Assembly (NCBI GenBank): GCA_964643285.1
Contig: CAZXSP010000002.1
Span: forward strand, 1-48,467
From: an uncultured Eubacteriales bacterium
GTDB lineage: Bacteria; Bacillota; Sulfobacillia; Fermentithermobacillales; Fermentithermobacillaceae
Direction: 5' to 3'
Length of the DNA: 48,467 nucleotides
Part shown: piece by piece, positions 18,590 to 29,144 of the stretch
Position numbering within the stretch: the first letter of the stretch is position 1
Layout of the letters: every line of letters starts with the position of its first letter
Notes under the pieces: model-generated
The model's input: the letters and a program-made list of their open reading frames with translations, nothing else
What the model was told of the DNA's origin: nothing
Database searches by the model: none
Program-made: the position numbers and the translations under genes

Positions 18590-19378
18590 TTGCTCTATGA
18601 AACCGATGGGGTCGTGCTTTCCCAAACTGCTTTGGGCGAGTACGACAAAATAGTTGCGGTTTTTACCCGGACTCAAGGCATCGTAAAAGCGGTGGTAAAA
18701 GGCGCCCGCAAACCCACGAGCAAGCTTTCGTCTGTAACCCAGCCCTTTTGCGAAGCCATTTTCCAGTTTTATAAAGGCAGGTCTCTAGACAGGGTCACAC
18801 AGGTGAGCCTTAAATCCTCCCACTCCGCCATCGTAGGCGAATACGAAAAGACTGTTTACGCCAGCTATTTGGCGGAACTGATCTTGGAGTTGTTACCGGA
18901 AAAAGAACCCCAGGAAGACCAGTATCGATTTTTCATCAACATATTAACGTGCATGGAAACTCGGGCAGACCCATGGTTTGTTACCAAGTGGGCGGAGATT
19001 GGGCTTCTTCAAAAAGCCGGACTGGCTCCCTCCTTTGAGTATTGTGTACTGTGCGGCGCCCCTTTGGACGCGGCGGACGGCAAAAAATCAGGAGTCTCCT
19101 TTTCAGTTGCAAATGGAGGGGTGGTTTGCCGGGATTGTCTTTTACAGGCTGAAGACGATTTTCAGGCCAAAACCGTTATAAGTTTGGGCGCCTTGAAAAC
19201 CATGCAAATGCTTCACGACAGCGTTTTGGAAGTTGGGACGGCGTGTCCGAACATGACTGCCCGCAGCTTGGTGAAAGACCAGATTGGCACGATTTTGAAG
19301 CGATATATTGAATATACATTGGGAAAACGTCTAAAATCTATTTCCTTGGTAGAAAGTGTAGAAACGGGGCAGAAATAA
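18590..19378 (+). CDS. recO: DNA repair protein RecO
   Basis: OB-fold N-terminus (DGVVLSQTALGEYDKIVAVFTRTQGIVKAVVKGARK) and a Cys4 zinc motif (CVLCG...CRDC). TTG start. Confidence 0.9.
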   Translation: MLYETDGVVLSQTALGEYDKIVAVFTRTQGIVKAVVKGARKPTSKLSSVTQPFCEAIFQFYKGRSLDRVTQVSLKSSHSAIVGEYEKTVYASYLAELILELLPEKEPQEDQYRFFINILTCMETRADPWFVTKWAEIGLLQKAGLAPSFEYCVLCGAPLDAADGKKSGVSFSVANGGVVCRDCLLQAEDDFQAKTVISLGALKTMQMLHDSVLEVGTACPNMTARSLVKDQIGTILKRYIEYTLGKRLKSISLVESVETGQK

Positions 19379-19381
19379 GCC

Positions 19382-19774
19382 TTGGGGGGCGTGATACACA
19401 GTATGAGCGATGCGGTATACATGGTAGACCATGTAAGAAAACAAACCGGAGCTACTTTCAACGAAGCTGTCGCCGGTTTGGATAGGACTCAAGGAGACGT
19501 TCAGGCTGCCATCGAGCTTTTGAAGAACAGAGCATCCAAACCCGAGATTATAAACGTTCGCGCTCAAGATCTTCGAAAGGCTTTGACTGATATAATTCGT
19601 AGAGGAAACGCGAGCCGGATAGTCATAAGAAACGAGAAGCGGGTAATAGCCAGTATACCCGTAACCGCGGGTTTGGTGGGAGTCATACTTGCGCCTTACA
19701 TAAGTTTCTTGGGCGGAATAGCGCTTTTGGCGAGCCCGCTTGTTCTCGAAATTCACCGTCCGCCCGGCATATAG
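19382..19774 (+). CDS. hypothetical protein: UBA/EF-Ts-N-like N-terminus plus DUF4342-like C-terminus
   Basis: VDHVRKQTGATFNEAVAGLDRTQGDVQAAIELLK resembles the EF-Ts N-terminal UBA fold. The C-terminal half is beta-rich and hydrophobic (RIVIRNEKRVIASIPVTAGLVGVILAP). The start could instead be ATG 19403. Confidence 0.5.
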   Translation: MGGVIHSMSDAVYMVDHVRKQTGATFNEAVAGLDRTQGDVQAAIELLKNRASKPEIINVRAQDLRKALTDIIRRGNASRIVIRNEKRVIASIPVTAGLVGVILAPYISFLGGIALLASPLVLEIHRPPGI

Positions 19775-19825
19775 CGTTCAAGAACGCCTGACACAAACAG
19801 TGGTACCCGGAGAGGGGTCTTGGCC

Positions 19826-20695
19826 GTGGAGAAATTTCTTTATTTTAGGGACGTAATATCCAAGCTTCAAGAATTTTGGGCAGAAAAAGGCTGTTATATA
19901 GGACAGCCCTATGACATTGAAAAAGGCGCCGGAACCATGAACCCTTTCACTTTCTTCCGAGTGCTGGATCCCCGGCCGTGGAGCATGGCTTATGTCGAGC
20001 CTTGCAGAAGGCCCGCCGACGCCCGCTACGGGGACAACCCCTATCGAATGGGTCACTACTTTCAATTTCAAGTAATACTAAAACCGCCCCCTGACTTGGT
20101 GGTTGAGCTTTACATAAGTTCATTGGAGCAATTGGGAATCAAAAGAGAAGAACACGACATAAGGCTTGTGGAGGATAATTGGGAATCGCCCACTTTGGGC
20201 GCGTCGGGTCTCGGGTGGGAGGTTTGGCTCGACGGTAACGAAATCACTCAGTTCACGTATTTTCAGGAAGTGGGCGGGTTAGAAGTGAAGCCCATATCGG
20301 CGGAAATCACCTATGGCCTTGAGCGGTTGACGGCGTACATACAAAAGCTAGACAACGCTTGGGATATTAAGGTATCGCCCGGCCTTAGCTACAGGGATCT
20401 CTTTCTCGAGCAGGAAAAGCAAAACTCGGCCTATGGTTTTGAGTCGGCTGACGTAGACATGCTCAGGCGGAGCTTTCACGAACATGAAGCCGAGTCCAAA
20501 AGAGCATTGGAACACGACTTGTACTATCCCGCCTACGACCACGCTTTGAAATGCTCCCATTTGTTCAACTTGTTAGACGCCAGGGGTGTCGTATCGGTAA
20601 CGGACAGGCAAGACTATATCGCCAGGGTCCGGGCCCTTACCAGAGAATGTGCCAAGAAATATGTGGCTTCACAAGGGGGACCCGACAATGCCTAA
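19826..20695 (+). CDS. glyQ: glycine--tRNA ligase alpha subunit
   Basis: [41 protein letters not shown] aligns with the GlyQ N-terminus. GTG 19826 lies 8 nt after SD GGAGAGGGG. The track start TTG 19820 is too close to the SD. Confidence 0.93.
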   Translation: MEKFLYFRDVISKLQEFWAEKGCYIGQPYDIEKGAGTMNPFTFFRVLDPRPWSMAYVEPCRRPADARYGDNPYRMGHYFQFQVILKPPPDLVVELYISSLEQLGIKREEHDIRLVEDNWESPTLGASGLGWEVWLDGNEITQFTYFQEVGGLEVKPISAEITYGLERLTAYIQKLDNAWDIKVSPGLSYRDLFLEQEKQNSAYGFESADVDMLRRSFHEHEAESKRALEHDLYYPAYDHALKCSHLFNLLDARGVVSVTDRQDYIARVRALTRECAKKYVASQGGPDNA

Positions 20696-22772
20696 AAACC
20701 TTCTGCTAGAGGTCGGGTCGGACGAAATCCCCGCAAGGTTTATGCCCTCGGCTATTCTCCAGTTACAGAACAGAACGGAAAGTTTCTTCAGGGATTCTCG
20801 GCTGGGGTACGGTGAAGTTTCAGTATTTAGTACTCCCAGACGTCTCGCGCTTTTTGTGACGGGGTTGAATGAGACAAGCGACGACAAAACCACGAAGGTA
20901 AGAGGGCCTTCAAAAAGGGCTGCTTTCGATTCTGAAGGTAATCCTACCAAGGCGCTGCAAGGTTTTTCCCGCTCGTTGGGGATAAGTCCCGAAGCCGTAA
21001 CCGTAGAAAACGAAAACGGCGGCGAATATGTATATGGCGTAAAACACGAAAAAGGCAGGCCGACGCGGGACATTCTGAGAGAGATCGTCCCCAAGATCGT
21101 CATGGGCATGGAGTGCCCTCATCCCATGCGTTGGGGCAAGGAAGACTGGAAGTGGTACCGCCCGATTCGCTGGGTTGTTTGCCTTCTGGGCGACGAAATT
21201 GTTCAAGTCCAATTGGCCGGCAGGGTTGCCGATAGGATCACATTTGGCCACAGGACCCTTCACCCGGATTCCGCCGTCATCCCCCACGCCGACCAATATT
21301 TCAACGTAACAAAGGCTTTGGGCGTAGAAGTCGATCAAGATGTCAGAAAGCAAAACATACTCAAGGATGCCAGGATTCTGGCGAACAGCATTTCGGGTAC
21401 GCCCCTTGTAGATGAAGCGCTCCTTTCGGAAGTGGTGTTTCTTTGCGAACATCCTGCCGGTTTCTTGGGCGAGTTTGATGAAAAATACCTGGACCTTCCC
21501 AAAGAGATATTGATTACTGCAATGCAGCATCACCAACGGTATTTCCCGATACTCGGTGAACGTGGCCAAGTGCTCGAAGGGTTTGTGGGGATAAGGGACG
21601 GACATCCCGAAACAGGTATAAGCACTGTGCAAATGGGTAATCAGTGGGTTTTGAGGGCGCGTCTTGAAGACGCGCAATTTTTCTACAACCAGGATGTTAA
21701 GCTAAGATTAGAAGCAAGACTTCCTGAACTAAAAGGCGTCCGCTTTCTTAAAGGCGCCGGCACGGTTTACGACAAAACCGCGCGAGTTACTGAGCTTACC
21801 AAGCTTTTTGGGAGTGAGCTCGGACTGGAAACCGGTCAGCTGCAAAAAGCCGCGTTGGCGGCTTCCCTTTTGAAGTGCGATTTAGTTACCTTTGTAGTAA
21901 GGGAGTTCCCCGAGTTAGAGGGCATCATGGGGGGCATCTACGGAAAGCTGCAACAGTTGCCGGAAGAAGTCACCGATGCCATAAGCCAACAGTACCTGCC
22001 AAAAGGCATGACGGACGTGCCCCCCAAGGCCGGAATTAGTTCTATTGTGGCGTTGGCGGACAAAATGGACACTTTGGCTGTGTCCTTTTGCGCCAATATA
22101 GGGGTTTCCGGGTCCCAAGATCCTTTTGGGCTGAGACGGGCAGGCCATGGAGTGGTTAGCATCCTTATGACCCACGGCTACGACCTAGACATAGTTGACC
22201 TCGTCCAGAGCGCCGTGAAAGTCGCGTCCCAAACAGTGCAGGAGGCCTCTGGGCAGGTGCAGGACAGACTCGTGTCGTTTCTTATGGATAGAGTGGAGAC
22301 CGTTCTTTCTCACAAAGGCTATTCTGTCCAAGTCATACGGGCTATTTTGGGGGGCCGGGAGAAACGTGTTGCTCGTTTACCCCAAATGGCTCATGCTTTG
22401 GCGGGATTCGCGGGATTGCCTTCGTTGGCGGATGTTGTTACAGGGTGGCGGCGGACCAGCGTTTTAGCGAAAGGGGTTTCGGCGGGTCCGGTGCTCCAAG
22501 AGCTTTTGGAAGAGCCTGCTGAAAAAAGTCTGTACCTTGTTTTCACCGGTCGGGCCCAAGAATTAGACACTCGCTACGAAAAAGGAGATTATTCCGGCTA
22601 CTTGAATCTATTGGCGGAACTTCGGCCTGCCATCGATGCGTGCTTGGATGAAGTGCTGATAATGGCGCCGAATCCTGAATTGAAACAGAATAGGCTTCGG
22701 CTTTTGGGCGCTGTGGCGGAGAGATTCACCAAATTCGCTGACTTTTCACAAATGCTATCGGTTGTGCCATAG
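20688..22772 (+). CDS. glyS: glycine--tRNA ligase beta subunit
   Basis: [18 protein letters not shown] is the canonical GlyS N-terminus. ATG 20688 follows SD AAGGGGGA and overlaps the glyQ stop. Confidence 0.93.
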   Translation: MPKNLLLEVGSDEIPARFMPSAILQLQNRTESFFRDSRLGYGEVSVFSTPRRLALFVTGLNETSDDKTTKVRGPSKRAAFDSEGNPTKALQGFSRSLGISPEAVTVENENGGEYVYGVKHEKGRPTRDILREIVPKIVMGMECPHPMRWGKEDWKWYRPIRWVVCLLGDEIVQVQLAGRVADRITFGHRTLHPDSAVIPHADQYFNVTKALGVEVDQDVRKQNILKDARILANSISGTPLVDEALLSEVVFLCEHPAGFLGEFDEKYLDLPKEILITAMQHHQRYFPILGERGQVLEGFVGIRDGHPETGISTVQMGNQWVLRARLEDAQFFYNQDVKLRLEARLPELKGVRFLKGAGTVYDKTARVTELTKLFGSELGLETGQLQKAALAASLLKCDLVTFVVREFPELEGIMGGIYGKLQQLPEEVTDAISQQYLPKGMTDVPPKAGISSIVALADKMDTLAVSFCANIGVSGSQDPFGLRRAGHGVVSILMTHGYDLDIVDLVQSAVKVASQTVQEASGQVQDRLVSFLMDRVETVLSHKGYSVQVIRAILGGREKRVARLPQMAHALAGFAGLPSLADVVTGWRRTSVLAKGVSAGPVLQELLEEPAEKSLYLVFTGRAQELDTRYEKGDYSGYLNLLAELRPAIDACLDEVLIMAPNPELKQNRLRLLGAVAERFTKFADFSQMLSVVP

Positions 22773-22887
22773 CCTTAAGACCCAATGCGGGTTTTGGTCT
22801 ATTGTAATTTTGGTTCGAATTGGTTAGAACTTGAGGGTACAATATAAGAGGCGCATTATTTCCAATTACATATCAGGGGGCGAAAAC

Positions 22888-25551
22888 TTGAGTTCTAAGC
22901 TCATCTACTGGTTTGGCGAGGGTTCGGAGGAAATGAAGCCGCTTTTAGGGGGGAAAGGCGCCGGTCTCAGCGAGATGACCCGTATTGGGTTGCCTGTTCC
23001 CCAAGGCTTTACTATAACCACAGAGGCTTGTCTTACTTATTACGAGCTTGGCGAGAAGATGCCAAAGGGACTCCAAGAGGACATCCAGAAGCACCTAAGG
23101 GAATTTGAGAACAAAACGGGTAAGACCTTCGGAGGGGCAAAGAACCCTCTTTTGGTTTCGGTCCGTTCTGGCGCGCCCATAAGCATGCCGGGAATGATGG
23201 ATACCATTTTGAACCTGGGGCTTAACGACCAAAGCGTTCAAGGCCTTTATGACGCCACGGGAGATATGAGGTTTGCCCTTGACTGCCAAAGGCGTTTTAT
23301 GCAGATGTTCGCCGACGTGGTTCTCGAGATAGATCACGACCTTTTTGAAAGTGTTTTGTCGGCGGTCAAAAAAGAGGAAAATGTCAAATACGATTTTGAC
23401 ATCTCTGTGCATGGACTCAAAAAGATCCTAAGCAGTTACCGCGGTATTGTGGAAGAAAAAACGGGACGCCCATTTCCGGAAGACCCAATGGAGCAGCTTT
23501 ATATGTCGATTTTGGCTGTTTTCCGCTCGTGGAACAACGAGCGTGCTATTGTCTACAGGAAAATAAACAAAATACCCGGCGACCTGGGGACTGCTGTTAA
23601 CGTCCAGTTGATGGTGTTCGGCAATATGGGGAACCGTTCCGGCACCGGCGTGATGTTTACCCGAAACCCCTCCACGGGTGAAAAGGCGTTGTATGGTGAG
23701 TACTTGGTAAACGCCCAAGGCGAAGACGTTGTGGCAGGAATAAGGACCCCCAAACCTTTGTCTGAGATGGTAAACGATTTTCCCGACGCCCATGTAGAGC
23801 TTCAGGAATTAGCCAACATTTTGGAAGACCACTACCACGACATGCAAGACATCGAATTCACCATCGAAAACGATAAAGTATTTATGCTGCAAACCCGCAC
23901 GGGTAAAAGAACAGCCCAAGCTTCTTTGGAGATAGCCCGGCAGATGGTTCAAGAGGGGCGTATCACCAAAAAGGAAGCTTTGATAAGGGTAAAACCCGAT
24001 GAGGTTTCAAGGCTTTTGCACAGAGCCCTGGATCCCAATACCAAAAACCAAGTGCTTGGGACCGGGTTACCCGCATCGCCTGGCGCCGCCGTGGGCACTT
24101 TGGTGTTCGATTCTAAAGTGGCAAGGGAGCGCGGTGAAGCCGGCGAAAAAATCATTTTGGTGAGGCCGGAAACGAAACCCGACGATATGCCCGGCATTGT
24201 GTACGCCCAAGGTCTTCTCACTTCCAGGGGCGGCATGACTTGTCACGCAGCGGTAGTCGCCAGGGGCATGGGGAAACCGGCCATTGTTGGTTGTGAAGAT
24301 ATGAACCTCGACATGACCCACAGAAAAGCTAGGTTTGGAGCAGTTACGTTGACAGAAGGGGACACGGTGTCCATAGACGGCGCCACCGGCCGGGTGTTAT
24401 TGGGGGAAGTAAATTTGGTGGAACCCACTTTGGGTGACGCTTTCCAAGAAGTATTGGCATGGGCCGATGGGTCCCGCAGGTTGGGTGTCATGGCCAACGC
24501 GGATACCCCGGAAGACGCTGAAAAAGCCAGAGAACTTGGCGCCGAGGGAATTGGCCTTTGCCGGACCGAGCATATGTTCATGCAAGCCGAACGTTTACCC
24601 TTAGTGCAGCAGATGATTTTAGCAAAAGACGAAACCCATAGGCGGAAGGCCTTGGATCAGTTGCTGCCCATCCAAGAAGAAGATTTTTACGGGATTCTCA
24701 AGGCCATGAGAGGCCTACCCGTTACGATCCGTCTTTTAGACCCGCCTTTGCACGAGTTTTTGCCCAGCACCGAGGAATTGGTAGCCAGAATTTTGGAAAT
24801 GAAACACGCGGGCCAATCCGAAACAGAAATTGAAGAGTTGGAAGAATTGTTGCTGCAAGCCAGAAACTTGCACGAGCAAAACCCCATGATGGGCCTCAGG
24901 GGCTGCCGTTTGGGCATTTTCTGGCCCGAAATATACGAAATGCAGGCCAGGGCAATATATCAGGCCACAGCCCGGCTTTTTGAAGATGGGTTCAGTGATG
25001 TGAAGCCGGAGGTCATGATTCCTTTGGTAGGTGACGCCAAAGAGCTTGAAGTCAACCGCCAAATGGTTTCCAATATCGCTCAAGAGATAAAATCGCAGAC
25101 CGGGGCCGATTTCTCGATTGTTATTGGAACGATGATCGAGATTCCCAGGGCGTGTCTTATGGCCGGCGAGATTGCCGAACATGCTCAGTTCTTTTCTTTC
25201 GGTACCAACGACCTTACTCAGATGACTTTCGGTTTCAGCCGCGATGACGCGGAAGCCAAATTCCTTCATAAGTACCTTGAGAACAAGATACTCCCGGAGA
25301 ACCCTTTTGAGGTTATAGACCGCAAAGGGGTGGGGCAGCTTGTGAAGGACGCCGTGGAGCAAGGCCGCAAAGTGAAGCCCGATTTGGTTTTGGGCATATG
25401 CGGCGAACACGGCGGTGAGCCGTCATCCATCGAGTTCTGCCATGAGGTTGGGCTTGATTATGTTTCGTGTTCACCTTTTAGGGTGCCGGTCGCGCGGCTG
25501 GCGGCAGCCCAGGCCGCGCTTAAGACTGATGGAGATATAGGCCGGAAATAG
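22888..25551 (+). CDS. ppdK: pyruvate, phosphate dikinase
   Basis: GGKGAGLSEMTRIGLPVPQGFTITTEAC, phosphohistidine region GGMTCHAAVVARGMGKP, and PEP/pyruvate domain GLCRTEHMF, FFSFGTNDLTQ. TTG 22888 follows SD AGGGGG; the track ORF starts at 22831. Confidence 0.94.
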   Translation: MSSKLIYWFGEGSEEMKPLLGGKGAGLSEMTRIGLPVPQGFTITTEACLTYYELGEKMPKGLQEDIQKHLREFENKTGKTFGGAKNPLLVSVRSGAPISMPGMMDTILNLGLNDQSVQGLYDATGDMRFALDCQRRFMQMFADVVLEIDHDLFESVLSAVKKEENVKYDFDISVHGLKKILSSYRGIVEEKTGRPFPEDPMEQLYMSILAVFRSWNNERAIVYRKINKIPGDLGTAVNVQLMVFGNMGNRSGTGVMFTRNPSTGEKALYGEYLVNAQGEDVVAGIRTPKPLSEMVNDFPDAHVELQELANILEDHYHDMQDIEFTIENDKVFMLQTRTGKRTAQASLEIARQMVQEGRITKKEALIRVKPDEVSRLLHRALDPNTKNQVLGTGLPASPGAAVGTLVFDSKVARERGEAGEKIILVRPETKPDDMPGIVYAQGLLTSRGGMTCHAAVVARGMGKPAIVGCEDMNLDMTHRKARFGAVTLTEGDTVSIDGATGRVLLGEVNLVEPTLGDAFQEVLAWADGSRRLGVMANADTPEDAEKARELGAEGIGLCRTEHMFMQAERLPLVQQMILAKDETHRRKALDQLLPIQEEDFYGILKAMRGLPVTIRLLDPPLHEFLPSTEELVARILEMKHAGQSETEIEELEELLLQARNLHEQNPMMGLRGCRLGIFWPEIYEMQARAIYQATARLFEDGFSDVKPEVMIPLVGDAKELEVNRQMVSNIAQEIKSQTGADFSIVIGTMIEIPRACLMAGEIAEHAQFFSFGTNDLTQMTFGFSRDDAEAKFLHKYLENKILPENPFEVIDRKGVGQLVKDAVEQGRKVKPDLVLGICGEHGGEPSSIEFCHEVGLDYVSCSPFRVPVARLAAAQAALKTDGDIGRK

Positions 25552-25590
25552 ATTAGGGACAACTCAATCCAGATTAATTGAAAGTAAAAA

Positions 25591-25625
25591 GCAGCTGTGG
25601 GATCATCACCACAGTTGCTTTTTTG
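25591..25625 (+). terminator. rho-independent terminator after ppdK
   Basis: 10-bp stem GCAGCTGTGG / CCACAGTTGC with an 8-nt loop, followed by TTTTTTG. Confidence 0.85.
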
Positions 25626-25873
25626 TTATAAGCAGATGGGAGATTCCTCGATAAACTGTCTGGGGATTCAGACATCTTAGAAAGTTAGTTTAGTGTATGG
25701 TATAGGTGACAGATATTGGACAGCCAGTAAATTCGCTTGTCCTGAAGAAGGCTGTGCGGACACAGCAAGTTTTGCACCACTTGAAAGGGTGAAACCGAAT
25801 TGAAAGTGCCTGGTGAAAATAGAAATTGGTCTTTGGAAGTAAGGAAAATTTCAAATGAAAAGAGGAAGAGAGT

Positions 25874-27379
25874 ATGAACAAAAGAAGAATTGCCTTATTC
25901 ATAATTCTGTCCGTACTTTTAAGTTCAGTGGCAACAGCTGCTGCCGCTCCACTGACCGACATAGAGAATAATCCTCACAGGAATGCCATAGAACAAATGG
26001 CGGAATTGGGTATATTATGCGGCAAGGGAGACGGTTTGTTTTGCCCCGACGACAACTTGACCCGGGCGGAAGCCGCAAAGGTGGCAATGTTCCTTTTCGG
26101 ATTTGACGAACAGGATGCGACGCAGGCAGAGGCCCTGCCCCAAGCCTTCGACGACGTGTACACAGGTATGGGACACCACGAATGGGCTCTTGGCTGGATT
26201 AACCTGGCTGCAAGAGAAGGCATAATAGAGGGTTATGGAGACGGTAGATACGGACCCGGCGATAATCTCACTATGGTTCAGTGGGCGACTATTCTCATAA
26301 GAGTGCTTGGATACAAGACCGAAGGACTCGACTGGCCTATCGGTTACGACCAATTAGCCCATAAACTTGGCGTTACGGTGAGGCTTGAATACATAAGTGA
26401 CTCCCACATAAAAAGGGACCAGATGGCCCGACTTGCAGCCAATGCAGTGTATGATGTAGAGCGTCCTGACGGATCCAAGATAATAGACCTTTTGAAAAGC
26501 AAGGCGGAGGATACGCCCGGGGACGCCGAAGACCACCAACTGGAAAGAATAAGGATGTCTGTGGTATTAACTCCGCAAGTCTTGCCCGAAGGGGGAGGGC
26601 AGACCGCTACCATTGCCGTTACGGTGACCGATAGAGCCGGAAACCCGGTAAAAGGCGCGAAGGTTGTTCTCCATGCATCTGCCTTTGAAGTACATAGAAT
26701 AGGTGACCGAAATGCACAGCTGTCCCAGTCTGAGACGACAACCGATGCTTCCGGCAAGGCTATGGCAACCTATACAACCCTGGCGGCGGATGACAAAAAG
26801 ATGGTGGAAATAGATGTGTCCGCCTTTAAAGATTCCGCCGGAGAACACAGGAATTACAAAATAATGGCTGCCAACCGGGCTGCCGAGATACATGGTGTGG
26901 TAAGGGATCCCTACACTGGTGCTCCCAAGGAAGGTATTTTCATACACTTCCTGAGCAGTGAGACCATGGAGAGTGTCGGTTGTGTAGAAACAGACGGCCA
27001 GGGCCGCTATCGAGTGCCAGTGCCCGCCGGAACCTATCATGTGAGTTTCGAAATGGCAATAAGGGATCAAATAACGGTTAACGCAAGCAGTCCGGGTCAA
27101 ACTTATACGGTAGATGCTAACAAGGGCATCCTGAAGGGTGTAATGACCGGGGTATCCCCTGGGAAAAAAGTGATGGCTTTCGATTGGTCGAACTTTAGCC
27201 CCAATGGTTCTGACAACCATACACTGCAGGCGGATATACAAAGCGACGGGTCCTTTGCCATTGCCCTTACTCCCGGAACATATGAATTATTTATTGTTGG
27301 AAGCGAATTTCCCTCTAAAACAGGAATTACCATCAAAAGCGGCCAGGTAACCGACATCGGAACCGTAAAAGGGCGCTGA
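25874..27379 (+). CDS. secreted cell-wall-associated protein with SLH domains, an Ig-like domain and a carboxypeptidase-regulatory-like domain
   Basis: Signal peptide MNKRRIALFIILSVLLSSVATAAAA. SLH repeats (GILCGKGDGLFCPDDNLTRAEAAKV; GIIEGYGDGRYGPGDNLTMVQWATILIRVLG). Big-like segment (TATIAVTVTDRAGNPVKGAKVVLHAS). CarboxypepD_reg-like segment (IHGVVRDPYTGAPKEG...TDGQGRYRVPVPAGTYHVSF). Confidence 0.8.
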   Translation: MNKRRIALFIILSVLLSSVATAAAAPLTDIENNPHRNAIEQMAELGILCGKGDGLFCPDDNLTRAEAAKVAMFLFGFDEQDATQAEALPQAFDDVYTGMGHHEWALGWINLAAREGIIEGYGDGRYGPGDNLTMVQWATILIRVLGYKTEGLDWPIGYDQLAHKLGVTVRLEYISDSHIKRDQMARLAANAVYDVERPDGSKIIDLLKSKAEDTPGDAEDHQLERIRMSVVLTPQVLPEGGGQTATIAVTVTDRAGNPVKGAKVVLHASAFEVHRIGDRNAQLSQSETTTDASGKAMATYTTLAADDKKMVEIDVSAFKDSAGEHRNYKIMAANRAAEIHGVVRDPYTGAPKEGIFIHFLSSETMESVGCVETDGQGRYRVPVPAGTYHVSFEMAIRDQITVNASSPGQTYTVDANKGILKGVMTGVSPGKKVMAFDWSNFSPNGSDNHTLQADIQSDGSFAIALTPGTYELFIVGSEFPSKTGITIKSGQVTDIGTVKGR

Positions 27380-27399
27380 TGCTACTGCTCTAGACGTGT

Positions 27400-27440
27400 A
27401 GTAGCCCATCCTTAGTGGTGGGCTACTTTTTCTTGTTTTT
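27400..27440 (+). terminator. rho-independent terminator after the SLH gene
   Basis: GTAGCCCA...TGGGCTAC stem followed by TTTTTCTTGTTTTT. Confidence 0.85.
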
Positions 27441-27514
27441 GCAAATACAGCAACTTGTATCAAATATACGCCCTGGTTTTCCGCCATTATCGTAATCGAA
27501 GGGAGGGAAACAGC

Positions 27515-28348
27515 ATGACAGAGTGGAGGGAAGCAATCGAAAAGGCGCAGGATTGGATTGAAGATAACATAACAGCGGAGATTAATTTGCTCGACTTGGC
27601 TAACAATGCGGGGTATTCACCTTTTTATTTTTCCAGACTTTTTCGCCTAAGCGCCGGTACGACGATAAAAAGGTATATTGCCGACCGTCGTCTAAACCGA
27701 GCCGCACTCGAGATAAGAGACACCCAAGAACGAATAATTGACATAGCAGTAAAATATGGGTTTTCATCGCAAGAAGCCCTGACAAGAGCCATGAAATCAG
27801 CATATGGTCACACGCCTTACGTTTTCCGAAAGAATCCGTATTTGATTGTGTTGCCCACCCGAAAGCCTGTTCTGCTTCCCGATAATGACAAAGAAAGGGG
27901 CGAAGTGACTGTGAGCGGCTTCATAGAAAAAGGGAAACAAATCATGAGCGATTTTACAAGCTCAACTGGGTTTTTACGAAAACTGGTTTGCATCAACTTT
28001 GTATCGTCTGACCCAAAACGACTTTCCGATTTCTATCGAGATGTTTTAGGCGCTGACATCAACGAGGATTACGGCGGACCGCACCGTGTTGAAATCTGGT
28101 TCGGAAAGAGGGATGAAAGCACCACTTGTATTGTTGCGAACTACGATGAGGGATTTACCCCGCAGATATTCAACGCGTGTCAGGGTTTCGAATTCCGTGT
28201 GGCGGACGCAGACGTGGAATACAAACGGATACGGGATTTGGGTATTGAGGTGAAAGAGCCTCCTAAGGATTTACCTTGGGGAGTCCGTTATTTCAACATT
28301 AAAGACCCGGACGGAAATGGAATTGATATTGTGGCTTCGCAAAGCTAG
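27515..28348 (+). CDS. AraC-family transcriptional regulator fused to a glyoxalase/bleomycin-resistance (VOC) domain
   Basis: N-terminal HTH_AraC (LLDLANNAGYSPFYFSRLFR...IIDIAVKYGFSSQEALTRAMKSAYGHTP). C-terminal VOC-like (FYRDVLGADI...FEFRVADADVEYKRIRDLGIEV...PWGVRYFNIKDPDGNGIDI). ATG 27515 follows SD GAAGGGAGGG. Confidence 0.8.
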   Translation: MTEWREAIEKAQDWIEDNITAEINLLDLANNAGYSPFYFSRLFRLSAGTTIKRYIADRRLNRAALEIRDTQERIIDIAVKYGFSSQEALTRAMKSAYGHTPYVFRKNPYLIVLPTRKPVLLPDNDKERGEVTVSGFIEKGKQIMSDFTSSTGFLRKLVCINFVSSDPKRLSDFYRDVLGADINEDYGGPHRVEIWFGKRDESTTCIVANYDEGFTPQIFNACQGFEFRVADADVEYKRIRDLGIEVKEPPKDLPWGVRYFNIKDPDGNGIDIVASQS

Positions 28349-28369
28349 TGCGTTCCATAACGTAAAAAA

Positions 28370-28415
28370 CCGAGGTGCTATGGCTGACAAGTGTAGCGCC
28401 TTGGGTTTTGTTTTA
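28370..28415 (+). terminator. rho-independent terminator after the AraC-VOC gene
   Basis: 11-bp stem CCGAGGTGCTA / TAGCGCCTTGG (with G-U pairs) followed by GTTTTGTTTTA. Confidence 0.7.
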
Positions 28416-28493
28416 CGGGGAAGTTGAGAAATGTGATACATGTTTATTTGTAGATAAGCACGCCTAATTTGACGATGCCGGAGGAGACCAAGC

Positions 28494-29006
28494 ATGTCAA
28501 TTGACACCGGTTCACAGGGCTTTAAGTTAAGATTTGCAAAAGTAAGTGATGTTCCATTAATCCTGGAGTTTATAAAGGAATTGGCCGATTATGAAAACAT
28601 GTTGAACGAAGTCTCGGCCACAGAAGAAGACCTAATTGAATCTCTATTCCAAAGAAAAATGGCTGAAGTTATTATTGGTGAATACAAGCAAAAACCGGTA
28701 GCTTTTGCGTTATTCTTTCACAACTTTTCTACCTTTTTGGGCAAGCCGGGTATTTATCTCGAGGATCTGTACGTAAAGCCCGAAATGAGGGGAAAGGGTA
28801 TTGGACAAATCATTCTTTCTTATCTTGGCAAATTGGCTGTTGAAAGGAATTGCGGAAGACTAGAATGGTGGTGCTTGGACTGGAACGTGTCATCTATTGA
28901 GTTTTATAAACGAATGGGTGCGGTTCCGATGGATGAATGGACAGTGTATAGAGTATCCGGTGATATGCTGGAGAAGTTGGCTTCGAAATTCGTAGTGGAG
29001 GTTTGA
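28494..29006 (+). CDS. GNAT N-acetyltransferase, spermidine/spermine (diamine) acetyltransferase-like
   Basis: PGIYLEDLYVKPEMRGKGIGQIIL (acetyl-CoA site), LEWWCLDWNVSSIEFYKRMGA, and an overall layout like SSAT-type GNATs. SD GGAGGAG upstream. Confidence 0.82.
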   Translation: MSIDTGSQGFKLRFAKVSDVPLILEFIKELADYENMLNEVSATEEDLIESLFQRKMAEVIIGEYKQKPVAFALFFHNFSTFLGKPGIYLEDLYVKPEMRGKGIGQIILSYLGKLAVERNCGRLEWWCLDWNVSSIEFYKRMGAVPMDEWTVYRVSGDMLEKLASKFVVEV

Positions 29007-29144
29007 AAAACGAAGACGGGATTTATCTTGCTTATGTTGCCGTGACAACTCTTTTTGTCGGAAAGGCCTTCAACAAATGACCGCCGTATACCCCGTAAAG
29101 CCGGTGATACCAGCTTTTTAAAAAACAGCAAAAGGGGTGTCGGG

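Noticed and set aside
19795-19812. AGTGGTACCCGG upstream of glyQ resembles the T-box core GGTGGTACCGCG
   Set aside because: It lies only about 15 nt from the glyQ start. There is no room for an antiterminator or terminator, and no stem I or specifier structure is upstream because that region is occupied by a plausible ORF.
28494-29006. GNAT as a TacT/AtaT-type acetyltransferase toxin with the downstream AbrB-like ORF as antitoxin
   Set aside because: The sequence follows the SSAT/diamine acetyltransferase pattern (YLEDLYVKPEMRGKGIG, WNVSSIEFYKRMGA). The gene order and a 140-nt gap do not fit known GNAT toxin-antitoxin operons.
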